64,000 nucleotides of DNA from Microgenomates group bacterium Gr01-1014_5 (GCA_007376395.1 VMGE01000004.1:70431-134430), one strand, 5' to 3'; numbered from the stretch's first letter, positions 39,192-48,939 are shown. Notes: a model not told the origin generated them from the letters alone. Numbers and translations: made by a program.

Positions 39192-40104
39192 TGGTGATGG
39201 CAACTACTGCTTGTTCAGAAATACCAAATAAATCTTCGATGACTCTTACTTCATCAGAATAAGCATGTTTGCTACGAACTACCCCATCTGCTTCTATTGA
39301 AGTTGTCCACGGCTCATCTGTCCCCCATACAAGATTACCCTTCATCAACTGATAATATCTTAATAACGAGCTCGCGGGTTTCAACGGATCTATCATATTT
39401 GGATACTTTACGCTAGTATTACCCTCAGAAACAGCAGCGCATAATTGCAAAAAGGGAGAGCAGTCTATGTATATATTGCCCATTCTCGAAATCTCAAAGA
39501 TTGCTTCCTGGTCAAGTGCTGCCAAGTGTGCAACACATAATCTAAGCTTTGGGAATTGTCGGCCTATCTCTAAAATATTGCCTGGGCGAGACAGTGCATC
39601 TGGACCCGAATGAACTAAAATAGGCAAATTATTACCCTGAGCAAACTCAGCGAATCCGCTTGTAATAAGTTTCTCTGCGCCACAACCACAGGCTAGAGTA
39701 TGAAATTTTAAGCCGTAAATTTTACCTGAATCTAAAAGTTCTCTTAAAAAATCGATCTGCTTGTGTACTTCTGTGTTCGGATCAATACACGCGAAAGGAA
39801 ATATATCTCCCTTAAATTGTTCACAATCACTGACAAGCACCCTGTTTTCTGTTTGATAAGGGAAGTCTTGAAAACCTGATGGCTCCCTTCTCCCTTCCAA
39901 AACCAAGGTTCTTGTGTTGTAATAAGTCGAACCTGGAAATGGAAAAGTGACTACTTTGTCAACACCTGCAAGTCTAGCCTTGAACATTAAGTCGGAAACA
40001 GCTTGTGTGTGGGGTAAGTTTCCTACAAAATAGTTATATGCATCAGTTCCCCCAGAATGAGTATGGCAATCTATGGCATTTCTAATCCCAAGTTCTTTTA
40101 ACAT
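39160..40104 (-). CDS. Amidohydrolase-2 family metal-dependent hydrolase (TIM barrel)
   Basis: AIDCHTHSG metal-binding HxH, conserved His/Asp downstream; 314 aa. Confidence 0.6.
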   Translation of the reverse strand: MLKELGIRNAIDCHTHSGGTDAYNYFVGNLPHTQAVSDLMFKARLAGVDKVVTFPFPGSTYYNTRTLVLEGRREPSGFQDFPYQTENRVLVSDCEQFKGDIFPFACIDPNTEVHKQIDFLRELLDSGKIYGLKFHTLACGCGAEKLITSGFAEFAQGNNLPILVHSGPDALSRPGNILEIGRQFPKLRLCVAHLAALDQEAIFEISRMGNIYIDCSPFLQLCAAVSEGNTSVKYPNMIDPLKPASSLLRYYQLMKGNLVWGTDEPWTTSIEADGVVRSKHAYSDEVRVIEDLFGISEQAVVAITTINTQNFLFG

Positions 40105-41348
40105 CAGTGGTTTATAAGTTTTCCGTCTATAAATTCTGAAGTAATCTTTTGAACCTTGTCTAGATAACTATTAACAACTTTATAGACAACCGCCTTGTCT
40201 GCTAGTGTGACTACTCGAATTAACCAAGGTTTGTCGAGAGGTCCACCGTTTTGCGAAACTATTTCAACAATATTTGATTTACCTGTTTTTTTATATAACT
40301 TAGATGATATCTTCTTGGTCACGACTGAATATATAAAACCAGAATAATACCTGGGATTTTTACCGTTAACACCTTCCATACTCATCGGTCTGTTTGATGT
40401 GATAAGACCGTTTGCTCTATTGCCTCTCCCAACAACACCGATATCACCAGACAAAGATGCACCTGATACCGTAAGATATACATTCAACTTTTCGTAATCA
40501 TCCTTTGTATTAATAGATATATCGATAGAATGTTTAGGTAAGTGTGTTTTAAATTTTCCCTCTATTATCCTACCAATAGTTTCTAAATTATTTTTGTAAT
40601 TCGTAAGGGAATGTACGTATTTTGCAATTTGCGGTATACACAAAGTAATACCAATTTTTTTCTGATTTCTAACAGCCATAATCTTAATATCAGATCCCAA
40701 CCACTTAAATTTCACTTTTGTTTTCTTATCGTTCAAGAACTTCTCCACTCTAAGTACTGCCGTCTCTAATTCTGAGTATGGAGAATATGCTATACAGTAT
40801 GAGGTGTCGTTCGCTACCAACTTCTCATAACCTCTGACGTGTACTTTATCCTTAGGTGAGAACATACTAGCTATAGCTCCTTTGCTATTTTTAATAGTTC
40901 CTGGACCGGGATAATCTGTTAGTTTGTTTTCTATCTTTATGTCGTGTTCGAGATCGACCAGAGGAAAGCGCTCTTTAAAATAATTTTTTATCGACGAACT
41001 TAATATCTCGTTCACAGGGATATCGTTTCCCTTATAAGAATAGGTAATCCTTCCTGCAATAATTACTCTAATTGGTTCTAGAAATTCTCCCCCACCGAAA
41101 TCGATCCTAGTCTTTCCACCGATTATCATAAGCTTGTCTATCTGATGGTGAAGAACTAACCCATCACATCTCTTTGTTGTATAAATGGAATATCTACGAC
41201 TAAGATCAGCAGCTAAACTATCTGCAATACTGTCAGGATGTCCCAGACCCTTCCTTTCGATTGTTTCAAAATCCCCATAAAAAGGGTTTGCATCTACTAT
41301 TGTAAGATGACTCGTCTTAATCCCATTTGGCCCAAAAGATATCGACAT
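40104..41348 (-). CDS. S-adenosylmethionine synthetase, archaeal type
   Basis: ERKGLGHPDSIADS, HHQIDKLMIIGG, NDTSYCIAYSP, INTKDDYEKLNVYLTVSGASLSGDIGVVGRGNRANGLITSNRPMSMEGVNGKNP align along whole length with archaeal MAT. Confidence 0.85.
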   Translation of the reverse strand: MSISFGPNGIKTSHLTIVDANPFYGDFETIERKGLGHPDSIADSLAADLSRRYSIYTTKRCDGLVLHHQIDKLMIIGGKTRIDFGGGEFLEPIRVIIAGRITYSYKGNDIPVNEILSSSIKNYFKERFPLVDLEHDIKIENKLTDYPGPGTIKNSKGAIASMFSPKDKVHVRGYEKLVANDTSYCIAYSPYSELETAVLRVEKFLNDKKTKVKFKWLGSDIKIMAVRNQKKIGITLCIPQIAKYVHSLTNYKNNLETIGRIIEGKFKTHLPKHSIDISINTKDDYEKLNVYLTVSGASLSGDIGVVGRGNRANGLITSNRPMSMEGVNGKNPRYYSGFIYSVVTKKISSKLYKKTGKSNIVEIVSQNGGPLDKPWLIRVVTLADKAVVYKVVNSYLDKVQKITSEFIDGKLINH

Positions 41349-41507
41349 GTTTAATATTTATAAAAACAGTATTGCTACGCATAGCGCGCCCTATCACTTC
41401 TAAATTCGTTTTAGATTGCTTCAAGGTGGCGTGTTATTATAACAAAAACACACAACCTAATACTCTTTTTGAGCAATTTCTCTCTCTTGCACATTCTTGG
41501 TTAAAAT

Positions 41508-41915
41508 TTGATTTTCCTTAAAACTTCCTATATACTCTGCCAAATGTTACTCGAAAAACTAGGTAGCTACCTAACTGCTGCTGAAACCAAAGAGCAGATA
41601 ATAGAACAATGTAAAAAGACAATTGAAAAACTTGGATTGTTTGAAACTTTGCTAGATCTTACCTCAAATAATACTCAGGTTACCTTAGACTTGGATACGT
41701 CTATACCCAATAATAAGATTTATATTCAGCTGAAAGTAACACAAAAATTTCCAGGGACGGCAACCGAGATAACGATAGGGGTTAAACCAGACGAAGCAAC
41801 GGTTCATGGCCAGAAGACAGACGAAGAACGTTATAAGAAATTTGACGTAGTAAATACACCCATAGATCAACTTCAACGGGAGTTTAGAGAAACAATCAAA
41901 GGCCTCGTCTCTTAA
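41508..41915 (+). CDS. Hypothetical protein
   Basis: 135 aa ORF, AT-rich. Confidence 0.3.
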   Translation: MIFLKTSYILCQMLLEKLGSYLTAAETKEQIIEQCKKTIEKLGLFETLLDLTSNNTQVTLDLDTSIPNNKIYIQLKVTQKFPGTATEITIGVKPDEATVHGQKTDEERYKKFDVVNTPIDQLQREFRETIKGLVS

Positions 41916-41990
41916 AACTAAGCTCCTATGGTGCGATTTCTCTCCAAACGAAGCCGGTGCGACGCGGTGAAAAATTGAAAATATTAAATA

Positions 41991-42356
41991 TCACTCGAGC
42001 AAAACTTTGTTATCCAGAATGCTCGGGTATCTAACGCCTAAAATTGTCAATTCTTCTTTAACTTCGATTATTTTTTCTGGTGTGTCTTCTGGAACAGCTA
42101 GGTAATCCCCTTTTTCCAGTTCAAACGTTTCCTTGCCGACTCTAAATACAGCCTCGCCTTTTAAGACTACCATATATTCTCTTCCTTTTGGATGTTTGTG
42201 CAATTTGTCTGATGGCGTACCAGGTACAAAGGTCTTGTAATATATCTCTATGTGATCATCTTTGAAAGAGCTTCCGTCAGGGAAAAATTGCCCCACCAGC
42301 CAGCCTCTCATTGTTTTTTGCTGGACAGAAACTTTCCCTATTTGAATATTACTCAT
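41991..42356 (-). CDS. Cupin-domain protein
   Basis: HKHPKGREYMVVLKGEAVFRVGKETFELEKGDYLAVP two-motif cupin signature. Confidence 0.6.
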   Translation of the reverse strand: MSNIQIGKVSVQQKTMRGWLVGQFFPDGSSFKDDHIEIYYKTFVPGTPSDKLHKHPKGREYMVVLKGEAVFRVGKETFELEKGDYLAVPEDTPEKIIEVKEELTILGVRYPSILDNKVLLE

Positions 42357-42921
42357 TTTTATTCCTTTGTTCGCTCTCGATATTGTTAACGAGTTCTGCC
42401 AGTTCTTCCTCGGTTAACAAACGTATATCTAGTTCTTTGGCGACTTCGCGAATCTTATTTTCTGCTTCGCTCTTCTTGTTTTCATCATCAACGACCAACT
42501 CAAGCTCCAAGTGATATTGCCAATGCTCGCTAAATTTTAGTGCAAGTTCGACTCCATTATATAAGTAATTATTTCTTTTTTGAAAAGAATGCATTATGTT
42601 ATCGGTAACTTTCAGTTTAGTAAATATTTCTACTGCTCTGCCTACTTCACTTTGCTGTACAGGGAATTCTATTTCTTCAAAAGCGCTTCCCTTGCCAATT
42701 CTATTTAATTTTAGAGTTATTTTCGCTGTACCTTGAGAAGTGTTGCTGGTAACTTTCAAAAGCTTGTCGGGAAAAATGAAGAAGTGCACGTCTTTATCGT
42801 CTTCACCCAAGTTTTCTGCGTTTTTATCCAGAAATTGTTTAAGACGGTCGTATTCTGCCTTGTCAAAAACAGACCTAAATTCTATTTCAAAATTTCTCGC
42901 AGACTTGTTCGCTTTCTTCAT
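42349..42921 (-). CDS. CYTH-domain protein (triphosphate tunnel metalloenzyme)
   Basis: N-terminal EIEFRSVF (EXEXK-type start), alternating acidic beta strands; start at M16 of ORF. Confidence 0.55.
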   Translation of the reverse strand: MKKANKSARNFEIEFRSVFDKAEYDRLKQFLDKNAENLGEDDKDVHFFIFPDKLLKVTSNTSQGTAKITLKLNRIGKGSAFEEIEFPVQQSEVGRAVEIFTKLKVTDNIMHSFQKRNNYLYNGVELALKFSEHWQYHLELELVVDDENKKSEAENKIREVAKELDIRLLTEEELAELVNNIESEQRNKNE

Positions 42922-42992
42922 CGCGTGAAGAAAGTATAACAGAGCTGGACATAAGACAAAAAACATATTATTACAATGCTATAATCTTATTT

Positions 42993-43451
42993 ATGGAAGA
43001 TAGAAAAATACATATTCGTTTAAGACTTATTATTATAAAAAATGGCAAGCTTTTAGCTTCATATACCAAAAAACGCGATTTTTACTTTTATATCGGAGGC
43101 CATATGGAAAATGGAGAAACAGTGCTTCAAGGGTGCAAGAGAGAAATTATTGAGGAATGTGGGGAAGGAACTGAATTTACACTAAACAAAATTCTTTATA
43201 TTAGAGATTTCTTTGACCCGGATAACGGCGAACAAAATCTTGAGCTTTTTATTTTGGGTGATATTAATAAAGATAAAGGGCTTGAACACAAATTAGATTA
43301 TCAACACCCTGACGGTTCGATGTGGTTAACCTGGCTCGATGTCGAAAATTTACCTAATAATATATTCCCCAAACAATTAAGCAGTAAACTTTTGGAAGAT
43401 TACAAGCAAGGATTCCCTAACTCCGGGGAATATATTGGCGAAATTGAATAA
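42993..43451 (+). CDS. NUDIX hydrolase
   Basis: Nudix box GGHMENGETVLQGCKREIIEECG. Confidence 0.7.
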   Translation: MEDRKIHIRLRLIIIKNGKLLASYTKKRDFYFYIGGHMENGETVLQGCKREIIEECGEGTEFTLNKILYIRDFFDPDNGEQNLELFILGDINKDKGLEHKLDYQHPDGSMWLTWLDVENLPNNIFPKQLSSKLLEDYKQGFPNSGEYIGEIE

Positions 43452-43530
43452 TACTACGGCGCAATCTCGCGCCTGACAGTCCCCATTATATTCATTTAAA
43501 AAGAAAGATGTATGTCAGCCTACTCACACT

Positions 43531-44613
43531 CTAAAAAGCCAGGAGCGCCCCGAAGATTATTAGTAAGAATCCGGCTCCGATAGCCAGGTAAGTTGGAAGG
43601 CTAAACCCGGCAACCGGTGTCTCGCCTGAGGGTGTGGTTGTTCCCCCTTGAACTCCGGAAACAGTAAATGTGGTGGTGTAAGTCCCGTTAGAATCGGTAA
43701 TGGTAAGCGTGTGCGTTCCTGCTGACAAGGTCGAAGGGATGGCGTAACTCCATTTACCTGTTGCGTCGGCCTTGACTGTAGCCGTTATCGGTTCAGATTG
43801 AATTGTAATGGTTACGTTGGAATTTGGTTTGGCAGTTCCTGTGATTGTATCCCCTGCCTTGACCGTCTTGTTGGCTGGCAGTGTGACCGTAGGTTTTGCG
43901 GCTGGCGAGGCTGAGGCTGAAGGCGCTGCTGATGGTGAAGGCGAGGCAATTGATCCGCCAACTGGTGCAGTAGATGGGCTAGGAGAGGCAGAACTTCCCG
44001 CTACGGGAGACGCCGAGGGTGAGGGTGATAACGGTAATGCTGGCGAGGCTGATGCTACCTGTGCCGGTGATGGAGAAACAGCTCCACCAGCCGCCAGAAT
44101 AGATATGGTTGCCGGATTTTTAGCAATAATGACGTTTGTCGCTTCGCTGGTTCCCGCGGCCTTAGTATTCGGACCAAAAGTAATTGCCGCATTCCCTGCG
44201 GCCTTTGCTTCAAATTTAAGTGTGGCGATGGTCCCTTTTCCCTGGGGAGGGTTGGCTGGTTGTGCTCCTAAAGAAATAGTGGCAGACCCGGCTGTATTGT
44301 TGATTTGGGCTTTAGCTAATTCGACCGGTAAAAGTGTCGAAGGAGAAAAACTGGCGAGTGTTAGCTTTTCTTTATCGAAATTAATCTCCAGCTCAGTTCC
44401 GGAGAGAACGTTGGTCGAAGTGTCTACCTCAACCGTAACATCAAAGCTTTCCCCGACCAAAATAGTCTTAGCTGGTTTTTTAATACTAATGGTTGTTGCC
44501 GGAGCCGCTTTTTCGCGGAGATCTTGCTGTTGGCGCATTAAATAAAGCCCGGCTCCCAAGCCAGCCAAGATTAAAAATAAAACAATAATAGCGACAATTT
44601 TCTTTGTACTCAT
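43531..44613 (-). CDS. Cohesin-domain surface protein with Ser/Pro/Ala-rich linker, Ig-like domain and C-terminal TM anchor
   Basis: N-terminal TM, cohesin-like ILVGESFDVTVEVDT...GKGTIATLKFEAKAAG, SPSPS linker, C-terminal hydrophobic anchor. Confidence 0.6.
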   Translation of the reverse strand: MSTKKIVAIIVLFLILAGLGAGLYLMRQQQDLREKAAPATTISIKKPAKTILVGESFDVTVEVDTSTNVLSGTELEINFDKEKLTLASFSPSTLLPVELAKAQINNTAGSATISLGAQPANPPQGKGTIATLKFEAKAAGNAAITFGPNTKAAGTSEATNVIIAKNPATISILAAGGAVSPSPAQVASASPALPLSPSPSASPVAGSSASPSPSTAPVGGSIASPSPSAAPSASASPAAKPTVTLPANKTVKAGDTITGTAKPNSNVTITIQSEPITATVKADATGKWSYAIPSTLSAGTHTLTITDSNGTYTTTFTVSGVQGGTTTPSGETPVAGFSLPTYLAIGAGFLLIIFGALLAF

Positions 44614-44615
44614 AT

Positions 44616-45164
44616 CTAATCAACAATTATATAGCCTGCGGTGGTTTCTTTTAAAACATTAAAGGATTTTTGCACAGCTGCTGCCTGGCTCCCTTCGAGA
44701 CTTAGATTACTCCTGCCTTTTTGCAGACCTTTAATTTTTATTTTTGCAACAGTCCCCTTTCCCTGTTTTGCCCTAATACCTCCAAGAACAAAAGTAACGT
44801 TACCTTTCTTTTGGTTAATCGTTTGCTCTAAAACGTTTGCTTTTTCAAAAAACAACCCAGGAGTAATATCTGTAACTTCGATAAATTTTGGGTTGTAGGA
44901 AAGTACGGCTTCTACTGCGCTTACTGAATCTTCATTCGTGTCGATGTTAATCGTCACGAAAGTTTCAACACCTTTTTTAACCGTAATATTTGCCGGGTTA
45001 AGGGTCAATATTGTTGTTTTTTCCTCACTTAACGCTTGAACATTCAATTTGTTTACGGATAATTTATCCGTACCGGATACAAGATATGAAAAAGTACCCA
45101 CACCAATTAGTGCCAGGCATAAAAAAGCGAGACTCCAGTTTTTAAGGACAGAATTTGTTTCCAT
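44616..45164 (-). CDS. Cohesin-domain protein
   Basis: VKKGVETFVTINIDTNEDSVSAVEAVLSYNPKFIEV...GKGTVAKIKIKG. Confidence 0.55.
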   Translation of the reverse strand: METNSVLKNWSLAFLCLALIGVGTFSYLVSGTDKLSVNKLNVQALSEEKTTILTLNPANITVKKGVETFVTINIDTNEDSVSAVEAVLSYNPKFIEVTDITPGLFFEKANVLEQTINQKKGNVTFVLGGIRAKQGKGTVAKIKIKGLQKGRSNLSLEGSQAAAVQKSFNVLKETTAGYIIVD

Positions 45165-46276
45165 TAATCCCCTACTTTGCCGAAGTTTTGCACGACAAGA
45201 TTGTAATCAAAAATGTCGACGTCGTTGTCGAAATCTAAATCAGCAGGACTTCCCCCGGAAGGCATTCTTGACCCAAAATCCTGGACGATTATATTGTAAT
45301 CAAAAATGTCGACAACATTATTGTCAACAATATCTCCAGCTATTAATCCAAGATACCCGTCTTTCGGAACAGTTACGGTTTTGCCCGTACTGAAACCTAC
45401 CGTGCCAATTTTCTTTCTCAGCTGGGATAGCGCATTTACAAAAATGTGGTAGGTACCGATAGGTGCCGTTAGGCTGGCGGTATATGTTCCGTCGCCGTTG
45501 GTTACGGCACCTGAGGTAGCGCTTGAATCCATTGGTTGACCAGAATCGGCAAGTGCAGATTCGAATCTAACATCAACGGGAATTTTCCGGCCGCGTTCGG
45601 TAGCTGATCCTGAGGTCACCCCTTCAAATTTAAGGTTAAGAATAAGATTGTCGACGGAAGGTGGGTTTGATTTTGAAACGTATACACTCGCCGGGTAAAA
45701 ATTACTCGCGACATTTACTTGTTTGTAAATGGCCGCGACTTGCGAACCGTCTGCCAGGGAAAGAGTGGCGTTGCCTTCTTGATTTGAAGCCACGAATTTA
45801 ATGGTGGCCACTTTGCCATAGCCTGAAACTGGTGTTTCTGTTTTACTACCGACTGCGAAAGAAATTGTTGTGGGCGGTGGCGGGTATTGAAGTGTCATTA
45901 CGTCAGGAATTGTGGGTTCTTCTAGGATTACCGGCAGAAAGCCGCCCACAGTCACCCCTGCTTCTTCTGCGTGCAATAGTGTGCCGTCATAAGTCAAAAC
46001 AATCTCTGCGGCAGTGACATTATTAGAACCAGTGTCCAACATGACGTCGACATAAAATGTTTGGTTTGGTGCGACGTTTATAATGTCAGGCTGAAGTGAC
46101 AGTGTTGCCGGGAATTCATAGCCGCCAGTACCGGAAACAGGAGAACCGGCTCGCGAGAATGGATTCGTTGGAGAAAGCGCGAGATAAACAATTACCGGGG
46201 TAACCAAAAGAAAGACAAAAAGGCTTGTTAGGGCAAATCGTTGAGTGAAGTTTAAACTACGCCATTTTAGGAACAC
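45164..46276 (-). CDS. Cohesin-domain protein with C-terminal tandem dockerin
   Basis: Cohesin core FYVDVMLDTGSNNVTAAEIVLTYD...GKVATIKFVAS; C-terminal DIVDNNVVDIFDYNIIVQDFG ... DLDFDNDVDIFDYNLVVQNFG dockerin repeats. Confidence 0.65.
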   Translation of the reverse strand: MFLKWRSLNFTQRFALTSLFVFLLVTPVIVYLALSPTNPFSRAGSPVSGTGGYEFPATLSLQPDIINVAPNQTFYVDVMLDTGSNNVTAAEIVLTYDGTLLHAEEAGVTVGGFLPVILEEPTIPDVMTLQYPPPPTTISFAVGSKTETPVSGYGKVATIKFVASNQEGNATLSLADGSQVAAIYKQVNVASNFYPASVYVSKSNPPSVDNLILNLKFEGVTSGSATERGRKIPVDVRFESALADSGQPMDSSATSGAVTNGDGTYTASLTAPIGTYHIFVNALSQLRKKIGTVGFSTGKTVTVPKDGYLGLIAGDIVDNNVVDIFDYNIIVQDFGSRMPSGGSPADLDFDNDVDIFDYNLVVQNFGKVGD

Positions 46277-46312
46277 ACCCTACTGTAATATACTATTAAT
46301 AGGAGTGTCAAC

Positions 46313-47539
46313 TTGAGATTTATTACGCGGTTAACTATTCTTAAAATTACCTTTTTTTCAGGGATTTTTTTGCTTCCTTTTATAGTTTGGCCTGCCTCAC
46401 CTACTCCTTTTGAAGTTCCCAGGGTGTGGGTATTTTCCCGCTGGGTTGAATTATTAGTTTTTCTGTTGGTTTTTAATCTTGGAAAAATTCAAAACAAACC
46501 AAATGTTTGGCTTTTATTTCTTACTCTTGCATTTTTCTTAATCGAGGCTGGCGCTTCTTGGTTTGGAGTTGATTGGACAAAGAGTTTAATCGGCAACTAT
46601 TACCGCGCCGATGGCCTTATCACTCTACTGCATTCTGTGATTCTTGTATTTTTCCTCGCTTTATTTTGGACCAAGAGTTATTCACGGACACTGGCTTATG
46701 TTTTTCTTTTTAGCTCTGCTCTGGTTTCTTTTTGGGCGCTTGATGAATTTATTAGCCTGCATTTTTTGAGAAACCTGAGTATTCCTAATTTTTCCGGAGC
46801 AGTTGGCGCTTCGTTTGGCCAGCCTAATTTTTTGTCCGGGTATCTTTTAGTCGGACTCCCCTTCTCGTTTTATGCCTACACCTTAAATAGCGGAGGTTTT
46901 CGTGCACTTGTTAGAATCGGCATTATATTACAAGTCTTGGCTGTCTTTTTAACTATGTCATGGGGTGGCATCCTTGGATTAATTCTGCTGTTGCTTTTTT
47001 ACTTTCTTTTGTCAGGTAAAAAACTAGCAGTCAAAATTTCTCTTGGGTTAGTATTGTCACTGACCCTGGCCGGCGCATTATTTTATTATGCCCAAAGCCG
47101 TCCTAAATTTGTAGCTGGTTTTCAAGAAATCGCTCTTCATCCCCAAAGCAGGGAGCGCATTATTAAAAACACGTTATATGCGTTTAATCTAAAGCCGTTT
47201 GCCGGATGGGGGCGGTCAAATTTTGATTATGCTTTCACGGCCAATCCCAACGACACAAGGTATGGCAGTGATGTTTATGTGGACCGCGCACATTCGGTGC
47301 TGGCTGAGACTGCTATTTCCTCGGGAGTAATAGGCCTTACTGCTTATCTTTCTTTGGCTATTTTTGCGCTTGTATTGATTTTAGTCCGGTTAAGGAAAGG
47401 TAAGGACACTGGTTGGAATAAAGCACTACTAATATCACTACTGCTCTACCTTTTCCACTCACAGACAAACGTTATTTCAATTAATGAAGAATTTTTCTTC
47501 TGGCTCATTGCAGGGATCGTGGCAAGTAATGAGTCGTAA
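46313..47539 (+). CDS. O-antigen ligase (Wzy_C) family membrane protein
   Basis: ~10 TM helices, periplasmic loop with HSVLAETAISSGVIGL Wzy_C motif. Confidence 0.6.
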   Translation: MRFITRLTILKITFFSGIFLLPFIVWPASPTPFEVPRVWVFSRWVELLVFLLVFNLGKIQNKPNVWLLFLTLAFFLIEAGASWFGVDWTKSLIGNYYRADGLITLLHSVILVFFLALFWTKSYSRTLAYVFLFSSALVSFWALDEFISLHFLRNLSIPNFSGAVGASFGQPNFLSGYLLVGLPFSFYAYTLNSGGFRALVRIGIILQVLAVFLTMSWGGILGLILLLLFYFLLSGKKLAVKISLGLVLSLTLAGALFYYAQSRPKFVAGFQEIALHPQSRERIIKNTLYAFNLKPFAGWGRSNFDYAFTANPNDTRYGSDVYVDRAHSVLAETAISSGVIGLTAYLSLAIFALVLILVRLRKGKDTGWNKALLISLLLYLFHSQTNVISINEEFFFWLIAGIVASNES

Positions 47540-47597
47540 ACCCTCTTTTTTAGCTTTCCAAACCGGGTTTGGAAAGCTAAAGTGGAATTCTGAATGG

Positions 47598-48248
47598 TTA
47601 CGTTTTTTTGAAGAATTTACTTTTGTAAATGACGTATGCCGTAATAACAACGACAGCAAAAATAACTAATCCCCAATAAGCATCTTTTGTATAGAGGTTC
47701 ATATAGAATTCTTCACCGGCATAATAAAGTATTGTGTCGGGAAGAAGGGAAATTAAAGTAGCTAAAATAAAGCGAGGGTAACTAATTTTGGAAAGACCCG
47801 CAAGGTAGCTGATAAAATCCATAACCGGGCCGGTTGTAAACCTAAGCACCAAAAAACCAAGAAACTCTGTTCTTGCAGAAAGCTTTTCTTCCCAATGGTG
47901 CAACTCCTGCAAAGGTACAAAACGTTTTACAAAAGGTTCTCTGAACTTTCGAGCTAAAGCAAAGGCGAGACTGGTACCTATAAGCATTCCAAGAGAGGAG
48001 AAAATAAACGACCAAAACCAGCCAAAGGCAGGAAGAAGCGCTAGCGAAACAACTCCGCCCGGCAGAGGCGGGATAACGATAGCCAGTATTCTCCAGAAAA
48101 TTACCAAAAAAGGCGCGAGAAAGGTGTGTTCTTTAGCAAAAGCAATGATCGCGTCAAGGTTTGAAGGAACAAGGAATACAAAGAGAGTCAAAGAAAACCC
48201 AGTCAGTAAAAGGGTTAACAAAGCAAGCCCTTTGGGTTGTTTATGCAC
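47598..48248 (-). CDS. DedA/TVP38 (VTT-domain) membrane protein
   Basis: FLAPFLVIFWRILAIVIPPLPGGVVSLALLPAFGWFWSF VTT signature. Confidence 0.75.
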   Translation of the reverse strand: MHKQPKGLALLTLLLTGFSLTLFVFLVPSNLDAIIAFAKEHTFLAPFLVIFWRILAIVIPPLPGGVVSLALLPAFGWFWSFIFSSLGMLIGTSLAFALARKFREPFVKRFVPLQELHHWEEKLSARTEFLGFLVLRFTTGPVMDFISYLAGLSKISYPRFILATLISLLPDTILYYAGEEFYMNLYTKDAYWGLVIFAVVVITAYVIYKSKFFKKT

Positions 48249-48274
48249 TTCTCATACTAGCAAATTTAATCTGT

Positions 48275-48916
48275 CTAGGGTAGGTTGAGGAAAAGATCTC
48301 CGAGCGCCAATTTTACGTTAACATTATTTTCTATATCAAGCCGTGTTGTTTCGATTTTTTCTGCCAATTCAGCGTGCGCCCGCGAGGGTTGTTTTAATAA
48401 AAACAGACGTGCTCCGGCAATTAATTCAGTGCAAAAAACCAGCGCTTCCTGCCGGTCGCCAATCTTGTTTAAATAATCCAAACGTTGGGCTGGAGTTAGC
48501 TTGATAATAGTTTTTAACTTTATTCCTGCCGTTTCTTGAAATTCCGGTATTGCGTTTCCAAGATTAATTTCTTGACAGCGTGAACGAATTGTGTCTAAAA
48601 CTTGTTCGCGGTTAGGGGTAGTAAGAACAAACAAGGTTTGCCCTGAAGGCTCTTCCAGCGATTTAAGAAAGGCATTCGCGGCTTCAGGAGTCAATAACTG
48701 CGCTTCTTCGAGATAAACCGCTCTACCGGCTTCGGGATCTTGCGGGGAAAAAGAAAGTTTATGTTTGAGATTCCTGATTTGTTCAATGGTATGCTTACTG
48801 TCGGTTATCAATTCGTGAATCTCTTTGATGTTTTGTTCGCGGACGAGAGACTGAAACTTTTGTTTTCTATCTGTGATGTTTTTACCAGTAATTAAATACG
48901 CGTGCATTGTTTGCAT
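48275..48916 (-). CDS. holB: DNA polymerase III delta-prime-like clamp-loader subunit
   Basis: HAYLITG, AANAFLKSLEEPSGQTLFVLTT, sensor TIRSRCQ. Confidence 0.65.
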   Translation of the reverse strand: MQTMHAYLITGKNITDRKQKFQSLVREQNIKEIHELITDSKHTIEQIRNLKHKLSFSPQDPEAGRAVYLEEAQLLTPEAANAFLKSLEEPSGQTLFVLTTPNREQVLDTIRSRCQEINLGNAIPEFQETAGIKLKTIIKLTPAQRLDYLNKIGDRQEALVFCTELIAGARLFLLKQPSRAHAELAEKIETTRLDIENNVNVKLALGDLFLNLP

Positions 48917-48939
48917 TTTACCACTTATTTCGTGGTAAA
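48917..48939. promoter_or_regulatory. Inverted repeat TTTACCAC-N7-GTGGTAAA in 30-bp holB/pilB divergent spacer
   Basis: Read directly, abuts holB start codon and lies 8 nt from pilB ATG. Confidence 0.4.

Noticed and set aside
43808-44545. 245-aa plus-strand ORF antisense to the cohesin surface protein
   Set aside because: Low-complexity Gly/Ala/Glu translation produced by the Ser/Pro/Ala-rich linker on the opposite strand. No start context. Artefact.
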